The notes under the pieces were generated by a model. That model had not been told where the DNA came from. It made no database searches and saw nothing but the letters and a program-made list of their open reading frames with translations. 64,000 nucleotides of DNA, taken from IMG/VR virus record IMGVR_UViG_3300042343_000347; one strand, written 5' to 3'. The position numbers and the translations under genes are program-made. This document shows, in pieces, positions 47,078 to 56,878 of this stretch (positions are counted from its first letter, which is position 1; every line of letters begins with the position of its first letter). Source of the DNA: a virus.

Positions 47078-48472
47078 ATGGCCATAAACTACAATCATCC
47101 GATATATGCAAAACAAAGGGGTACAGAGAAGTATAACGCAGTAGCGCGTAAAGGACTACCAACAAGGGAAGGATTTGATGCACTAAATCCTACTATATGT
47201 AGGACTATATTTTCAGACGAAATCAATAAAATCACGCAGGGCAAGACGCATTACTCTCTTGCTAAAATGATTCCTGTATTATTCGAAGGACATTATACTG
47301 CAGGAAGAGACCCTAAAAAACTACTTGAAGACCTATCAGATATACCTGATTCGATATTAAATGAGATACGACAAAAAGAGAGTTTCCTGATATATGAACA
47401 TGGCGATCCGGGTGAAGGCTTTCTACATAGACTCTTTAAAAATGTTTGTATTTTAAACAAGATACCTACATCTCAGATAATCATAGTAAGTCATGGTCAG
47501 GACTATAAATTTTTAGTACCTAAAATAGCAGGAATATACGGATTAGAACCTTGTCACGTAGTATTATATAATCACTTTGACTACTGGATGAAAACAAGAT
47601 TCATCAGAGAATTTGAAGCATACAACATAGATATACGAACAACAAAAATCAAAGGACCATTAGAAAATGAGAACCCTGAAAAAATATATCTAAATCTTAA
47701 CCAAGCATGGAGATTACACAGGGCTGCATTCATAAGTCATTTGAATGATGCTAAGTTATTAGATTATGGATACAACAGTTTTGTAGGAGTTCCTGAAGTG
47801 TTGTTGGGTAATTGCTTCATATCTTCAAATGAACAACCGTCTTTTGAGATAACAGACATACGTGAGATCGATCATCCGTTGTACAAAAAATACTTTCACG
47901 GAGATGATGATCAGAAAAAATGGGCTACGCTGACTTATCATAATCAACGATTTTTTAAAGAACCCTTAAGATCGTCTATATTAAATGGTATGGATATATA
48001 TGATAAGTTTCCTATGTTTGTAGATAGTCATAAAAATAATATCTACGAAAGTCCTGATAAGGTTAGAACGTTGCTTCCTTACTTAAAGAATAGTTATTTC
48101 AGCATCATCAATGAGACTTACTATAGCAAGGATTATGACGAACAGATAGGCAATAAGTATTGCAGATTTTTGACTGAAAAAACATATAAAGCAATCGCTT
48201 GTAGACATCCATTCATCTTGTTGACTGTAGCCAACTCTTTAGAATTATTACATGACATGGGATATCAAACATTTCACCCATATATAAATGAGGATTATGA
48301 TAAAGAGACTGACGATACCACAAGAATGATCATGGTAACAGAAGAGATAAAGAGATGGACTACTTTAGACAAAGCCACTCTTAATAACTATCGCAAAAAA
48401 TTAATTGATATCGTGGAGTATAACTACGATCTCTTTATTAATAGAAAAAAATACGTTTTCAGATTGATATAA
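47078..48472 (+). CDS. hypothetical protein, glycosyltransferase-like C-terminal domain
   Basis: LNLN..WRLHR, FSIINET, FLTEKTYKAI..HPFI, LHDMGYQTF. Confidence 0.5.
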   Translation: MAINYNHPIYAKQRGTEKYNAVARKGLPTREGFDALNPTICRTIFSDEINKITQGKTHYSLAKMIPVLFEGHYTAGRDPKKLLEDLSDIPDSILNEIRQKESFLIYEHGDPGEGFLHRLFKNVCILNKIPTSQIIIVSHGQDYKFLVPKIAGIYGLEPCHVVLYNHFDYWMKTRFIREFEAYNIDIRTTKIKGPLENENPEKIYLNLNQAWRLHRAAFISHLNDAKLLDYGYNSFVGVPEVLLGNCFISSNEQPSFEITDIREIDHPLYKKYFHGDDDQKKWATLTYHNQRFFKEPLRSSILNGMDIYDKFPMFVDSHKNNIYESPDKVRTLLPYLKNSYFSIINETYYSKDYDEQIGNKYCRFLTEKTYKAIACRHPFILLTVANSLELLHDMGYQTFHPYINEDYDKETDDTTRMIMVTEEIKRWTTLDKATLNNYRKKLIDIVEYNYDLFINRKKYVFRLI

Positions 48473-48474
48473 AA

Positions 48475-48498
48475 TAAAAGCCCCTTACGGGGCTTTTA
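48475..48498. terminator. bidirectional rho-independent terminator
   Basis: TAAAAGCCCC TTAC GGGGCTTTTA between convergent genes. Confidence 0.85.
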
Positions 48499-48507
48499 TG
48501 TTTTGGC

Positions 48508-49374
48508 TTATTGTGCCTTCTTTGCTTCTTGCTCTTTGATATACATAGGACCTATGTTATCCATCAAGTACTGCTGATTTTCCATACAGAACACATAACT
48601 ACCTGAGTGACGCAATAGAACTCGCTTATCGACCCAGATACGGCCGCCTAAGTCACGCCAGTTCTCACAGAAAGTCCAATCCTCGCTATAGTAACGATTC
48701 TGACGAACTGCTGTGTCAAAGTAAGTCTTAAGATGCTTATCATACTTAGGATCAAGACCGATGTCGTTCTTATACTGCTTGACCGCAGGGTGACCGTTCA
48801 TCTTTTCAAATACGTGCTTCTTCATCAATAAGAAACCTGTACCTGCTTTGCTTACTTCTTGTAGTCCATCTGGACCTTCTTCGGCTCCATCAAATCCATT
48901 GACTACCCACTTGATAGGCATAGTCTTCATTGGATATAATCCACCGATAACATCTACGTTACGATTTAATAATACTAACAAGTGCCATGGTTCCCAGCCG
49001 ATATCAGCATCGACAAAGAACAAGTGTGTCGCGTCTGGCATATCGAGGAACTTGGCAGTAAGTGTATTACGTGCGCGGCTGATCAAACTCTCGTTGACCA
49101 TAGTCTCCAGTGTCCAATCGATTCCTAACTGTCTTGCAGTATTCGCCCATTTAATGAAACTCATGAAGGTGGATTCTGTAAGCATCCCGCCATAACATGG
49201 CATCGCTATATGAACTCTAGTAGTTCTCAAAAAATCGACATTGACTTGTATCTGTTGCTGTCCGGGCTGTTGCTGCCCATCTGCTTGGGGAGCCTGCTGC
49301 GCCTGTGCAACAATCTCTTGAACCTGTTCTACTGGAACAGTCTTCTCTTCTGCTTTAGTTTTTTTGTTGGCCAT
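48508..49374 (-). CDS. GT-A fold glycosyltransferase
   Basis: IAMPCYGG, SLISRARN, FVDADIGW (DxD), GTGFLL, SEDW.FC. Confidence 0.8.
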   Translation of the reverse strand: MANKKTKAEEKTVPVEQVQEIVAQAQQAPQADGQQQPGQQQIQVNVDFLRTTRVHIAMPCYGGMLTESTFMSFIKWANTARQLGIDWTLETMVNESLISRARNTLTAKFLDMPDATHLFFVDADIGWEPWHLLVLLNRNVDVIGGLYPMKTMPIKWVVNGFDGAEEGPDGLQEVSKAGTGFLLMKKHVFEKMNGHPAVKQYKNDIGLDPKYDKHLKTYFDTAVRQNRYYSEDWTFCENWRDLGGRIWVDKRVLLRHSGSYVFCMENQQYLMDNIGPMYIKEQEAKKAQ

Positions 49375-49409
49375 ATTTCCTCTCAAACTTGTACAGTTAT
49401 TTACTGTTG

Positions 49410-50210
49410 TCAGAGAGTGCTGATTTTTTTCTTATACGTTTGATAGTCTACCATTTCTAATAATTTGTTAGCCCAAAGAGTATTAGTGATAGGTCCTGCA
49501 TGTATTAAATCTCTAGCGACATCTTGAAATGTCTCTATTCCGTCCCATTGAATGATATTAGTATTGTAACCTTCATTTTCTAGTTTAATATCCGCCATCA
49601 AGTTTAACTCTATCACCTTGATGTTCATAGTGGATAGATATTCCAATGTCAATTTTCTATAAAAATGAGAGTGACTTACAGGCAATTCATGCATGTGTAA
49701 TGTCTTGAATACTTCGTAATCATACTGAAAATGAAAGTCTTGCATAGGGTTATAAACTGCATACTGACCTTCTTTATGTACCAATGCATATCTATTGAAA
49801 TGAGGCCATTGCAGAATGATTGCTTTGGGTTTAATATGTACCTTATTAAGGAACATAGTAAGATTATAATATGTGGTGTTGACTGAAGAGCCTTTTAATC
49901 CTAGATTATAATAATCCAATCCAAGATTCTTGGCTAATATATAGGGGTACGTCTCTTCCAGTTTTTCTGCGTGACCATCAGTTGTACTGCATCCAGTAAC
50001 CAATATATAATCATCGTTTAAATCTTGTATCTCTTTACATCTATGACCATTACTATTATAGTCATAGGTTATATCTAAGTCTTTATATCGCCAGTTTTTT
50101 ATTTTTGCGCAGTTATTTTCAAACTCTTCGCGCTCGCCCTTAAAGTAATAATAACGATTGTATGGTTTGGAATGCCCTATGAAACCATTCTGAAAATAGT
50201 TATAAATCAT
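49410..50210 (-). CDS. SGNH/GDSL-like hydrolase-fold protein (paralogue 6)
   Basis: YNSNGHR, TGCSTTDG, NLGLKGSS, ARDLIHAG (DxxH). Confidence 0.6.
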   Translation of the reverse strand: MIYNYFQNGFIGHSKPYNRYYYFKGEREEFENNCAKIKNWRYKDLDITYDYNSNGHRCKEIQDLNDDYILVTGCSTTDGHAEKLEETYPYILAKNLGLDYYNLGLKGSSVNTTYYNLTMFLNKVHIKPKAIILQWPHFNRYALVHKEGQYAVYNPMQDFHFQYDYEVFKTLHMHELPVSHSHFYRKLTLEYLSTMNIKVIELNLMADIKLENEGYNTNIIQWDGIETFQDVARDLIHAGPITNTLWANKLLEMVDYQTYKKKISTL

Positions 50211-50902
50211 TAATTCTCAGGTAGATAGTCTATCGCTTCTTTGACTTCGGGCTTCTTTCCGTCTTTCTTCATACTGATAGCAATCGCTGCCTGCTGTGCA
50301 GGATTAGCAGCCTCAGTCTGTGCGCCCATACCTGCATCAAGTAATTTAACTACATTGGTTGCTAGTTTTTGATTCTTTTGTGTAGCAGGATATAGGCTCA
50401 TTACCATTGCGGTCTTTTGTCTATCATTCAATCCAGGCCATGCATTACGTATCTCAGTTGCGCTCTTGATTCCTGGACCGAATTCTACTGTTGGTAGATA
50501 ATCAATGTATGCATGTTTACTGAAAGGTTGTAAATCTTTACCAGTCCATGGTTGAAAATAACTAGGACTGCCATCTTTCTTAGTACCACCTGGTTTAGGT
50601 TGCTCAGTTCTATCTTTTTCGCTACGCACAAAAATCAATACATCACTATCAGGATCATACTGGCTTGTTATCTCTTCTGGTTTGAAGGGACTTTTTACTT
50701 GAACAAAACGTCCCGGTGCAACGCCTGCAAGTTTTGCTAGTTTCTCTTTGATTTCAAAGGGAAAAGGTCTTGCTTTTTGATCGTTAGTCGCTGCCACATA
50801 AACATCCGCTCCCGGAAAGGCTTCTAATGCACTCTTATACAATGCATAATGTCCTGCATGGAAAGGATGAAAACCACCTGGCATGATGACTATCTGTTTC
50901 AT
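50210..50902 (-). CDS. HIGH-family nucleotidyltransferase (cytidylyltransferase-like)
   Basis: PGGFHPFHAGH, SEKD, SATEIR. Confidence 0.7.
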   Translation of the reverse strand: MKQIVIMPGGFHPFHAGHYALYKSALEAFPGADVYVAATNDQKARPFPFEIKEKLAKLAGVAPGRFVQVKSPFKPEEITSQYDPDSDVLIFVRSEKDRTEQPKPGGTKKDGSPSYFQPWTGKDLQPFSKHAYIDYLPTVEFGPGIKSATEIRNAWPGLNDRQKTAMVMSLYPATQKNQKLATNVVKLLDAGMGAQTEAANPAQQAAIAISMKKDGKKPEVKEAIDYLPEN

Positions 50903-50903
50903 A

Positions 50904-51290
50904 TTAATAACTCAACTTAACAAAATTAACAACACCGCCCGCAAAATCAACGATTTTGGCGCGCATGTAAACGAAATTACCTTCTATATTAGTATAGATG
51001 CTTGCGTTGCTTGCATCATAAGTATCGCTGCCTGTGGCTGAATTAGCATTAGCCACTAGTTCATATACCTTGAACCATTCAGCATTAGAACTATTACTAT
51101 TTAAACTTGCTTCAATAACGATGTTCGCGCTACAATTAGACAATCTGATATTGACTGTTTGTAGGTCTTGGTTTCCTAGATAATATGCAGCCGCGGGCTG
51201 TGCATTACCCGTAACTGTATAAACATTGGCAGTACCGCCGCCGTTATAAGTTGTCTGCGGTAATAATTCAAGTATAGTGACCTGACTCAT
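50904..51290 (-). CDS. hypothetical beta-rich virion-like protein
   Basis: GNFVYMRA motif; late gene context. Confidence 0.65.
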   Translation of the reverse strand: MSQVTILELLPQTTYNGGGTANVYTVTGNAQPAAAYYLGNQDLQTVNIRLSNCSANIVIEASLNSNSSNAEWFKVYELVANANSATGSDTYDASNASIYTNIEGNFVYMRAKIVDFAGGVVNFVKLSY

Positions 51291-51457
51291 TATGCTTTCA
51301 CCGCTTCAACAACGATGCCCTCACCCGCGAGTTCTTGGGCCACTTGTTCTAATGCGGCCAACGTCTCTGGTGTAGCAATATCTGCACTGTCTTTATCGTT
51401 GTCTTTGACTATCTTGCTGAACTTTATGACAACGACATCTTCTACGATTTTAGCCAT
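51290..51457 (-). CDS. hypothetical protein (55 aa, not in ORF track)
   Basis: manual translation MAKIVEDVVVIKFSKIVKD...VVEAVKA; GGAG RBS and TAAATA upstream. Confidence 0.7.
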   Translation of the reverse strand: MAKIVEDVVVIKFSKIVKDNDKDSADIATPETLAALEQVAQELAGEGIVVEAVKA

Positions 51458-51490
51458 AAATACTCCATTCTATTAGAGTATTTATCTATA

Positions 51491-52186
51491 TCACTTCTGT
51501 TTCTGTAGAGAATATGATTTCCCTAGAAAATCACCAAACCATATACCCAAGATAGATATCATCCCGGGGTCGTTATAGTCTATATAGTACGATGTGTGCA
51601 TATATCGGTATGTACTCTGCGGATATTTATTAAGCATCCTGACCATCCCGGGACTGAAACGTATCTTGTCCCCGTACATATTTCTCAAGTCATTGACCTG
51701 ATCTTGAAAATCTACCGGGCATTTCCTACCTTTAAAGAAAGTTCTGTGCTTATATTTAGGTTCTTTCTTAAAGAACAATGTATCTGAAGTTTTGATGTAT
51801 GCTTCACTAAACTTGAGTGAAGGATCTATCACAACTAATGTCTTGAGCATGTCTAGATCATTACTGAAAAAACTGATATTATTCCCTTGAATCCTACACA
51901 TGAAGGTTTCGTTATTTCTATTATTCTTCCAATCAAAAAACTTTTCTATCTGCTCGAAATTAATATGATCGTATGTCTCTTCAAACCTACTATTTAAAAT
52001 ACTGATTCTATACTGATTCCTATTAGCCTTAGTATTTTCAAGTTTTTTCTTGAATTGGTCAAGGGTGTTGGTATAATAAGTATAGGCAGCACCCATGACT
52101 TTTAATTGTGCGCGATATTTGTATTTGCCAAAATACAAACCAGTGCGGTCATCAATTGTTAACTGTAATGATTCCATCATCTCCAA
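51491..52186 (-). CDS. hypothetical protein
   Basis: 231 aa; LYFGKYKYR motif. Confidence 0.7.
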   Translation of the reverse strand: MEMMESLQLTIDDRTGLYFGKYKYRAQLKVMGAAYTYYTNTLDQFKKKLENTKANRNQYRISILNSRFEETYDHINFEQIEKFFDWKNNRNNETFMCRIQGNNISFFSNDLDMLKTLVVIDPSLKFSEAYIKTSDTLFFKKEPKYKHRTFFKGRKCPVDFQDQVNDLRNMYGDKIRFSPGMVRMLNKYPQSTYRYMHTSYYIDYNDPGMISILGIWFGDFLGKSYSLQKQK

Positions 52187-54419
52187 CCTTTGCTGTCATT
52201 TTATTCGTGATGGCAAATTCGATGTTGTCTCCTACTAGATTTACCATGATGCTAGCATTGTTGATCTTTTCAAAGAGAATCTTCTTTGAAAGAGGTACAC
52301 GCAACAATTCATCGATCTTACGTGCTAATGGACGTGCGCCCATCTTGCTATCGTAACCCTTGTCAGCAAGATATTCAACGACCGGTTCGCTTAAGTTAAG
52401 AGTGATGTTATGCTTCTCAAGCAATGCCTTTTTGACATCCTCAGTGAATTTGATAACGATCTTCTTGATACTCAGCGTGTCCAACTTCTTGAACTTACAG
52501 ACCTTATCAAGACGGTTTCTAAACTCAGGCTTGAAGAAGTCCTTGAATGCCTTGTCATCTTCACCGGTCTTTATCATGTCACCGAATCCGATAGCGTTTC
52601 GTTCACCATCTGCACTGCCCAAGTTACTGGTCATGATGATGATAGTATTCTTACATGACACTTCCTTACCATTGCTACCTGTGACGCGCCCTTCATCAAG
52701 GATCTGCAAGAAGATGTTGAAGATGTCAGGGTGAGCCTTCTCAACTTCATCAAACAACATTATGCTATGCGGGTTCTTGCTCAAGTCACTGATCAAGCGA
52801 CCACCTTGTACTTGGCTATCACCGAATCCAACATAACCAGGAGGAGGTCCGATCAATGCGCTAACTGTATGTTTCTCGCTATACTCTGACATATCATATT
52901 TCAATAATGGCATGTCAAGATTCTTGCTCAACAACTTAGCAAGTTCAGTCTTACCTGTACCAGTCGGGCCCAAGAACAAGAAACTTGCGATAGGCTTAGT
53001 CTCGTTGTTGATTCCAGCAAAACTTACATAAACACGATCCAACACTTCGTCTACTGCTTCATCTTGACCATATAGTTTAGCCTTGACATTACTTTCAAGG
53101 TTAGTGATGCGATCAAAATTATCTCCCGACAACTTATCAGCAGGAACTCCAGTGAACTTCTCTACTTGATCAAAAATCATTTGCTTAGTGATGTCTGCGC
53201 CCTTGTTCTCAAGAACACGCTGTTTAGCACAGGCTGCGTCAAGCAAGTCAATGCTCTTGTCGGGATTTTTACGATCATGAATATAACGACCAGCCATTTC
53301 TACTGCGCTTTCGATTGCTTCGTCAGCGATCTTGACATCATGGAAGTCATTCAATCGTTCGCTCAAACCGCGCAAGATACGAACAGTAGTATCAGTGGTA
53401 GGCTCATCGATTGCTACACGATAAAACCTGCGCATCAATGCACGATCCTTCTCAAAACTTTCGTAGAAATCTTCCCAAGTCGTGCTTGCGATGATCTTCA
53501 ATGTACCCTTAGTGATAGCAGGCTTGATCATGTTAGCAAAGTCAACACTGCCGTTGCTACTGCTGCCAGCGTTTTGCATCATATGTGCTTCATCGATGAA
53601 TAGGATAGCCTTCTTCTTAGTATTGAGTGCCTCCATTACCTGCTTGACCTTCTCTTCAAAATCACCGCGATAACGACTACCGGCTAACAAACTACCGATC
53701 TCAAGACTATACAATTCATGATCCTTCAAGAACTCAGGAACTTCATCGTTGACGATGGCACGTGCGATACCTTCTGCGATAGCAGTCTTACCTACGCCCG
53801 GATCACCTACCATCAATACGTTGCTCTTGAAACGCTTGGCGAGTACGTTGATGATATCATCGATCTCTTTGTGACGACCGATCAATGGCTCAAGTTTATC
53901 TTTTCTTGCTAGATTAGTGAGATTGATGGTATGTTCTTCTAGGATCTCTTCTGCTTGGCTCTCAGTGAAGACAGAACCATGCTCACCGCCCTTATAATGC
54001 TTTTGCCAATACGGGAAGAATTCTTGCTTGGACACACCATACTTCAACAAGAAATAATGTGCATGACTGTTGTTTTCGCTAGCGATGCTAAAATACAAAT
54101 CGATAGTAGTAACTGTCCTGCGACCGCTGAACAATACCTGCGTCACGCTACGATTCATCACACGCTCAAGGCTGTTAGTCTTTTTAGGAACAGCATTTGG
54201 TTCTTTGCCTACAATGCTTTGCAATCCCTTGACATAAGATGCGATCTCATCCGACATAAGATCGACATCTACTCCAAAACCGATCAGACATTTCTTGAAC
54301 GGACTAAACGTGACTAATGCCAATAGTAAATGCTCTATAGTCACGTATTCGTGATTATGCTCTTTGGCAAATGCGATTGCCTGTTCGATGATGTTTTCAA
54401 TTTCGGGTGATGTATTCAT
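52152..54419 (-). CDS. clpA: ATP-dependent Clp protease ATP-binding subunit ClpA
   Basis: Clp-N (HEYVTIEHLLLAL), two AAA+ domains GDPGVGKT and GPTGTGKT, IGF loop, GARPL. Confidence 0.93.
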   Translation of the reverse strand: MNTSPEIENIIEQAIAFAKEHNHEYVTIEHLLLALVTFSPFKKCLIGFGVDVDLMSDEIASYVKGLQSIVGKEPNAVPKKTNSLERVMNRSVTQVLFSGRRTVTTIDLYFSIASENNSHAHYFLLKYGVSKQEFFPYWQKHYKGGEHGSVFTESQAEEILEEHTINLTNLARKDKLEPLIGRHKEIDDIINVLAKRFKSNVLMVGDPGVGKTAIAEGIARAIVNDEVPEFLKDHELYSLEIGSLLAGSRYRGDFEEKVKQVMEALNTKKKAILFIDEAHMMQNAGSSSNGSVDFANMIKPAITKGTLKIIASTTWEDFYESFEKDRALMRRFYRVAIDEPTTDTTVRILRGLSERLNDFHDVKIADEAIESAVEMAGRYIHDRKNPDKSIDLLDAACAKQRVLENKGADITKQMIFDQVEKFTGVPADKLSGDNFDRITNLESNVKAKLYGQDEAVDEVLDRVYVSFAGINNETKPIASFLFLGPTGTGKTELAKLLSKNLDMPLLKYDMSEYSEKHTVSALIGPPPGYVGFGDSQVQGGRLISDLSKNPHSIMLFDEVEKAHPDIFNIFLQILDEGRVTGSNGKEVSCKNTIIIMTSNLGSADGERNAIGFGDMIKTGEDDKAFKDFFKPEFRNRLDKVCKFKKLDTLSIKKIVIKFTEDVKKALLEKHNITLNLSEPVVEYLADKGYDSKMGARPLARKIDELLRVPLSKKILFEKINNASIMVNLVGDNIEFAITNKMTAKVGDDGIITVNN

Positions 54420-54439
54420 AAGCCTCTCTTTTAAAATAT

Positions 54440-55225
54440 TTATTTGCTACGATTGCGCAAAATACTATCTATGATTTCGTTATCTATTATATCGGGAATA
54501 TAGGGTTTTAGCAAGATGTATTGGTCTCCGTGATTAGCGGTGTTGACTATGGGCATACCATAACCTGACAATCTAATGCTTTGAAATGGTTGTGTTTTTG
54601 GTTTTATAGTTACATTTAATTCTTTTCCCGATACTGTCTTGAAGTGAAAGTCTGTACCAACAATCAAGTCTAACACATTGATGCTATGATTGCAATAGAG
54701 ATCATTACCTCGCCTATCAAATCGTAGATCAGGTAACATGTTGAATTCTACTATCAATACACCACCATCCATGACGTTATCAAAACGCATTTGGTCTTGA
54801 TTGTTTGCACCCGGGGGAATTTTGATATCTATGACCTTTTTACCGTTCATAGTACCTAATTCTAGTATCTTATTAATACCGTGATAAGCATCTTGTAATG
54901 TGATATCTACACGGGTTCTATAGACTTGTTTTCTGACGCCCTTAGGACCATTATGATCACGGAAGACTTGTCCAAACAAATCATTTAGATCGAAAGGCTG
55001 ACCGTTGAATCCGAACCCACCCGGAAATCCTTGGGGCATTGGATTATCGTATTGTTGTCTTTTTTGTGGATCGCTCAGTACATCGTATGCTGTTTGGATC
55101 TCTTGAAATTTATGCGTGTCACCGCCCTTGTCAGGATGATGCTGACTTGCTAATTTGCGGTAGGCTTTTTTGATATCATCGGGTGTAGCATTTTTTGCAA
55201 CACCCAATGTTGCATAATGGTCCAT
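54440..55225 (-). CDS. dnaJ: DnaJ/CbpA-type co-chaperone
   Basis: J-domain with HPD, G/F linker, C-terminal domain, no Zn finger. Confidence 0.9.
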   Translation of the reverse strand: MDHYATLGVAKNATPDDIKKAYRKLASQHHPDKGGDTHKFQEIQTAYDVLSDPQKRQQYDNPMPQGFPGGFGFNGQPFDLNDLFGQVFRDHNGPKGVRKQVYRTRVDITLQDAYHGINKILELGTMNGKKVIDIKIPPGANNQDQMRFDNVMDGGVLIVEFNMLPDLRFDRRGNDLYCNHSINVLDLIVGTDFHFKTVSGKELNVTIKPKTQPFQSIRLSGYGMPIVNTANHGDQYILLKPYIPDIIDNEIIDSILRNRSK

Positions 55226-55242
55226 TCTTTATTATAAATCAA

Positions 55243-55554
55243 TTAAGGATGAAAGTCAACGTTTTGATCATCCCATTTATTACTGCGATATGGCTTTCTC
55301 GGTTCTACATCAAAATCATACTCTGGTTTTCTACGTGCAAACTTTTCAAGTCCTGTAGCACCGAAACCTCCTAGCACGATCCAAGCCATAGTTTCATATA
55401 TAAATGCATCCATTTTATAGTTAAAAAACAAGTTCGCTATGAAAGCCACAACACATAAAATAAAAGCGATAAATGTTATCACTCTTTTACTCGACACCGA
55501 TTCACTGTCATGGCTATCGGCTAACATTGTTTTCATATTCTGACGCAAACTCAT
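55243..55554 (-). CDS. two-TM membrane protein
   Basis: SSKRV then two hydrophobic helices ending GLEKF. Confidence 0.65.
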   Translation of the reverse strand: MSLRQNMKTMLADSHDSESVSSKRVITFIAFILCVVAFIANLFFNYKMDAFIYETMAWIVLGGFGATGLEKFARRKPEYDFDVEPRKPYRSNKWDDQNVDFHP

Positions 55555-55561
55555 CGTTTCC

Positions 55562-56101
55562 TCAGATTCTTGCTATGTCTAACAGATGGCGTATCTCTTC
55601 ATCTACATTTGTATAAATCTTTTTGCGAGATAGTCCTGCGATATGACGCATCTCATTTAACTCTTCTTCTTTATTTTCTATCTTTTTATATTCTTCAGGA
55701 TTTAATATCATGATCTGTTTTAAAACATCAGTATCAGCGTCATAATCATCTTCTTTGAAACTCACAGTATAATCCTTGACTTGGATATCAGTCAAGGTTT
55801 CTAAATCTTCAAGCACTCTTATGATCTTTTCAGGGACGTTTGATCTACGTTTCATCTCAACGAACACCAGCCATTTGCCTGGTTCTATCTCACCATCACT
55901 CACACTTGAATCAAGTATGAAATCATATCCTATCTCAAGCCATGCTACTAAATCTTTGGCTGCGAGTTTGCTATTAGTCTTGAATGTTAATGTGACTATA
56001 TCACTATCTTCGCCCATTTTAGCGGCATACTCATCAATAGTGATCTTAGGGTCTAACTGCCCTTTCATGTCATGGTAATTTAAACCTTCGTTCAGTTTCA
56101 T
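55562..56101 (-). CDS. hypothetical phage protein
   Basis: 179 aa, IDEYAAKMGED motif. Confidence 0.7.
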   Translation of the reverse strand: MKLNEGLNYHDMKGQLDPKITIDEYAAKMGEDSDIVTLTFKTNSKLAAKDLVAWLEIGYDFILDSSVSDGEIEPGKWLVFVEMKRRSNVPEKIIRVLEDLETLTDIQVKDYTVSFKEDDYDADTDVLKQIMILNPEEYKKIENKEEELNEMRHIAGLSRKKIYTNVDEEIRHLLDIARI

Positions 56102-56111
56102 ATGCGTTGCC

Positions 56112-56693
56112 TTATACAGTGGCTTGATCTACCTGAGCCTGATCTTGCGCAGTCCCTTCAGCATTACCACCTACACCTTGTTTATCTAAATCTTCAGAAT
56201 ATGCATCATCAAGTTCATCGAGGTCAATAGTAGAACCTGCTAGGTCTACAGAACCTTCCTTGATATCGTCCATCAGATCATTGGGAATAGTGATCTTCAC
56301 TAGCCAAACTTCACGCTTGACTCCTTTTGGATAGTTAGTACCGGGTACTAGATCCTCATAGTCTTTTACTTCTACAGGGACATCGACCTTAGTCTTTTCC
56401 CATTTAACATCACATCCTACAGCAAGCAGTCTTTTGACTGCTTTAGGATCTGGCATGAGTTTATAAGGCCACATGAATATGCAACTAGTATTATATCTAC
56501 CTACATCTGGGCCTTGAACTAGTTCACCTAATTCCCAGTTTTTAAAAGCGTAAATGTCTAGTTCATCTATGACACGCTCAAAGTCCAATACCATGGATAT
56601 TGCTCCGTCGCTGGTCATGATGCCTTTGACAGTGCTTACTATGCTGACGAAATCTACGTCATTAAACCAATTATCTGCAACTTTATGGGTCAT
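56112..56693 (-). CDS. hypothetical phage protein
   Basis: LDFERVIDELDIYAFKNW..GELV.GP; TAAATA 4 nt upstream. Confidence 0.7.
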   Translation of the reverse strand: MTHKVADNWFNDVDFVSIVSTVKGIMTSDGAISMVLDFERVIDELDIYAFKNWELGELVQGPDVGRYNTSCIFMWPYKLMPDPKAVKRLLAVGCDVKWEKTKVDVPVEVKDYEDLVPGTNYPKGVKREVWLVKITIPNDLMDDIKEGSVDLAGSTIDLDELDDAYSEDLDKQGVGGNAEGTAQDQAQVDQATV

Positions 56694-56878
56694 AATGTAT
56701 TTATCACTAAAGAAGTTATATAAGAATTCATTAATTCTGGGTACAGTGATATATTTATCAATAAATGCTGTTCAAACACATAGCAAATAATACACAGTCA
56801 CATACCCGTAAATACACAAGAGATAGCAGATAATAGTTATCTCTATCTCTATAGATCGAACTTACAGGAGATTTACGC

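Noticed and set aside
56700-56878. tRNA or other structured RNA gene in the largest intergenic gap
   Set aside because: No cloverleaf or T-loop; explained by divergent TAAATA motifs and a leader hairpin
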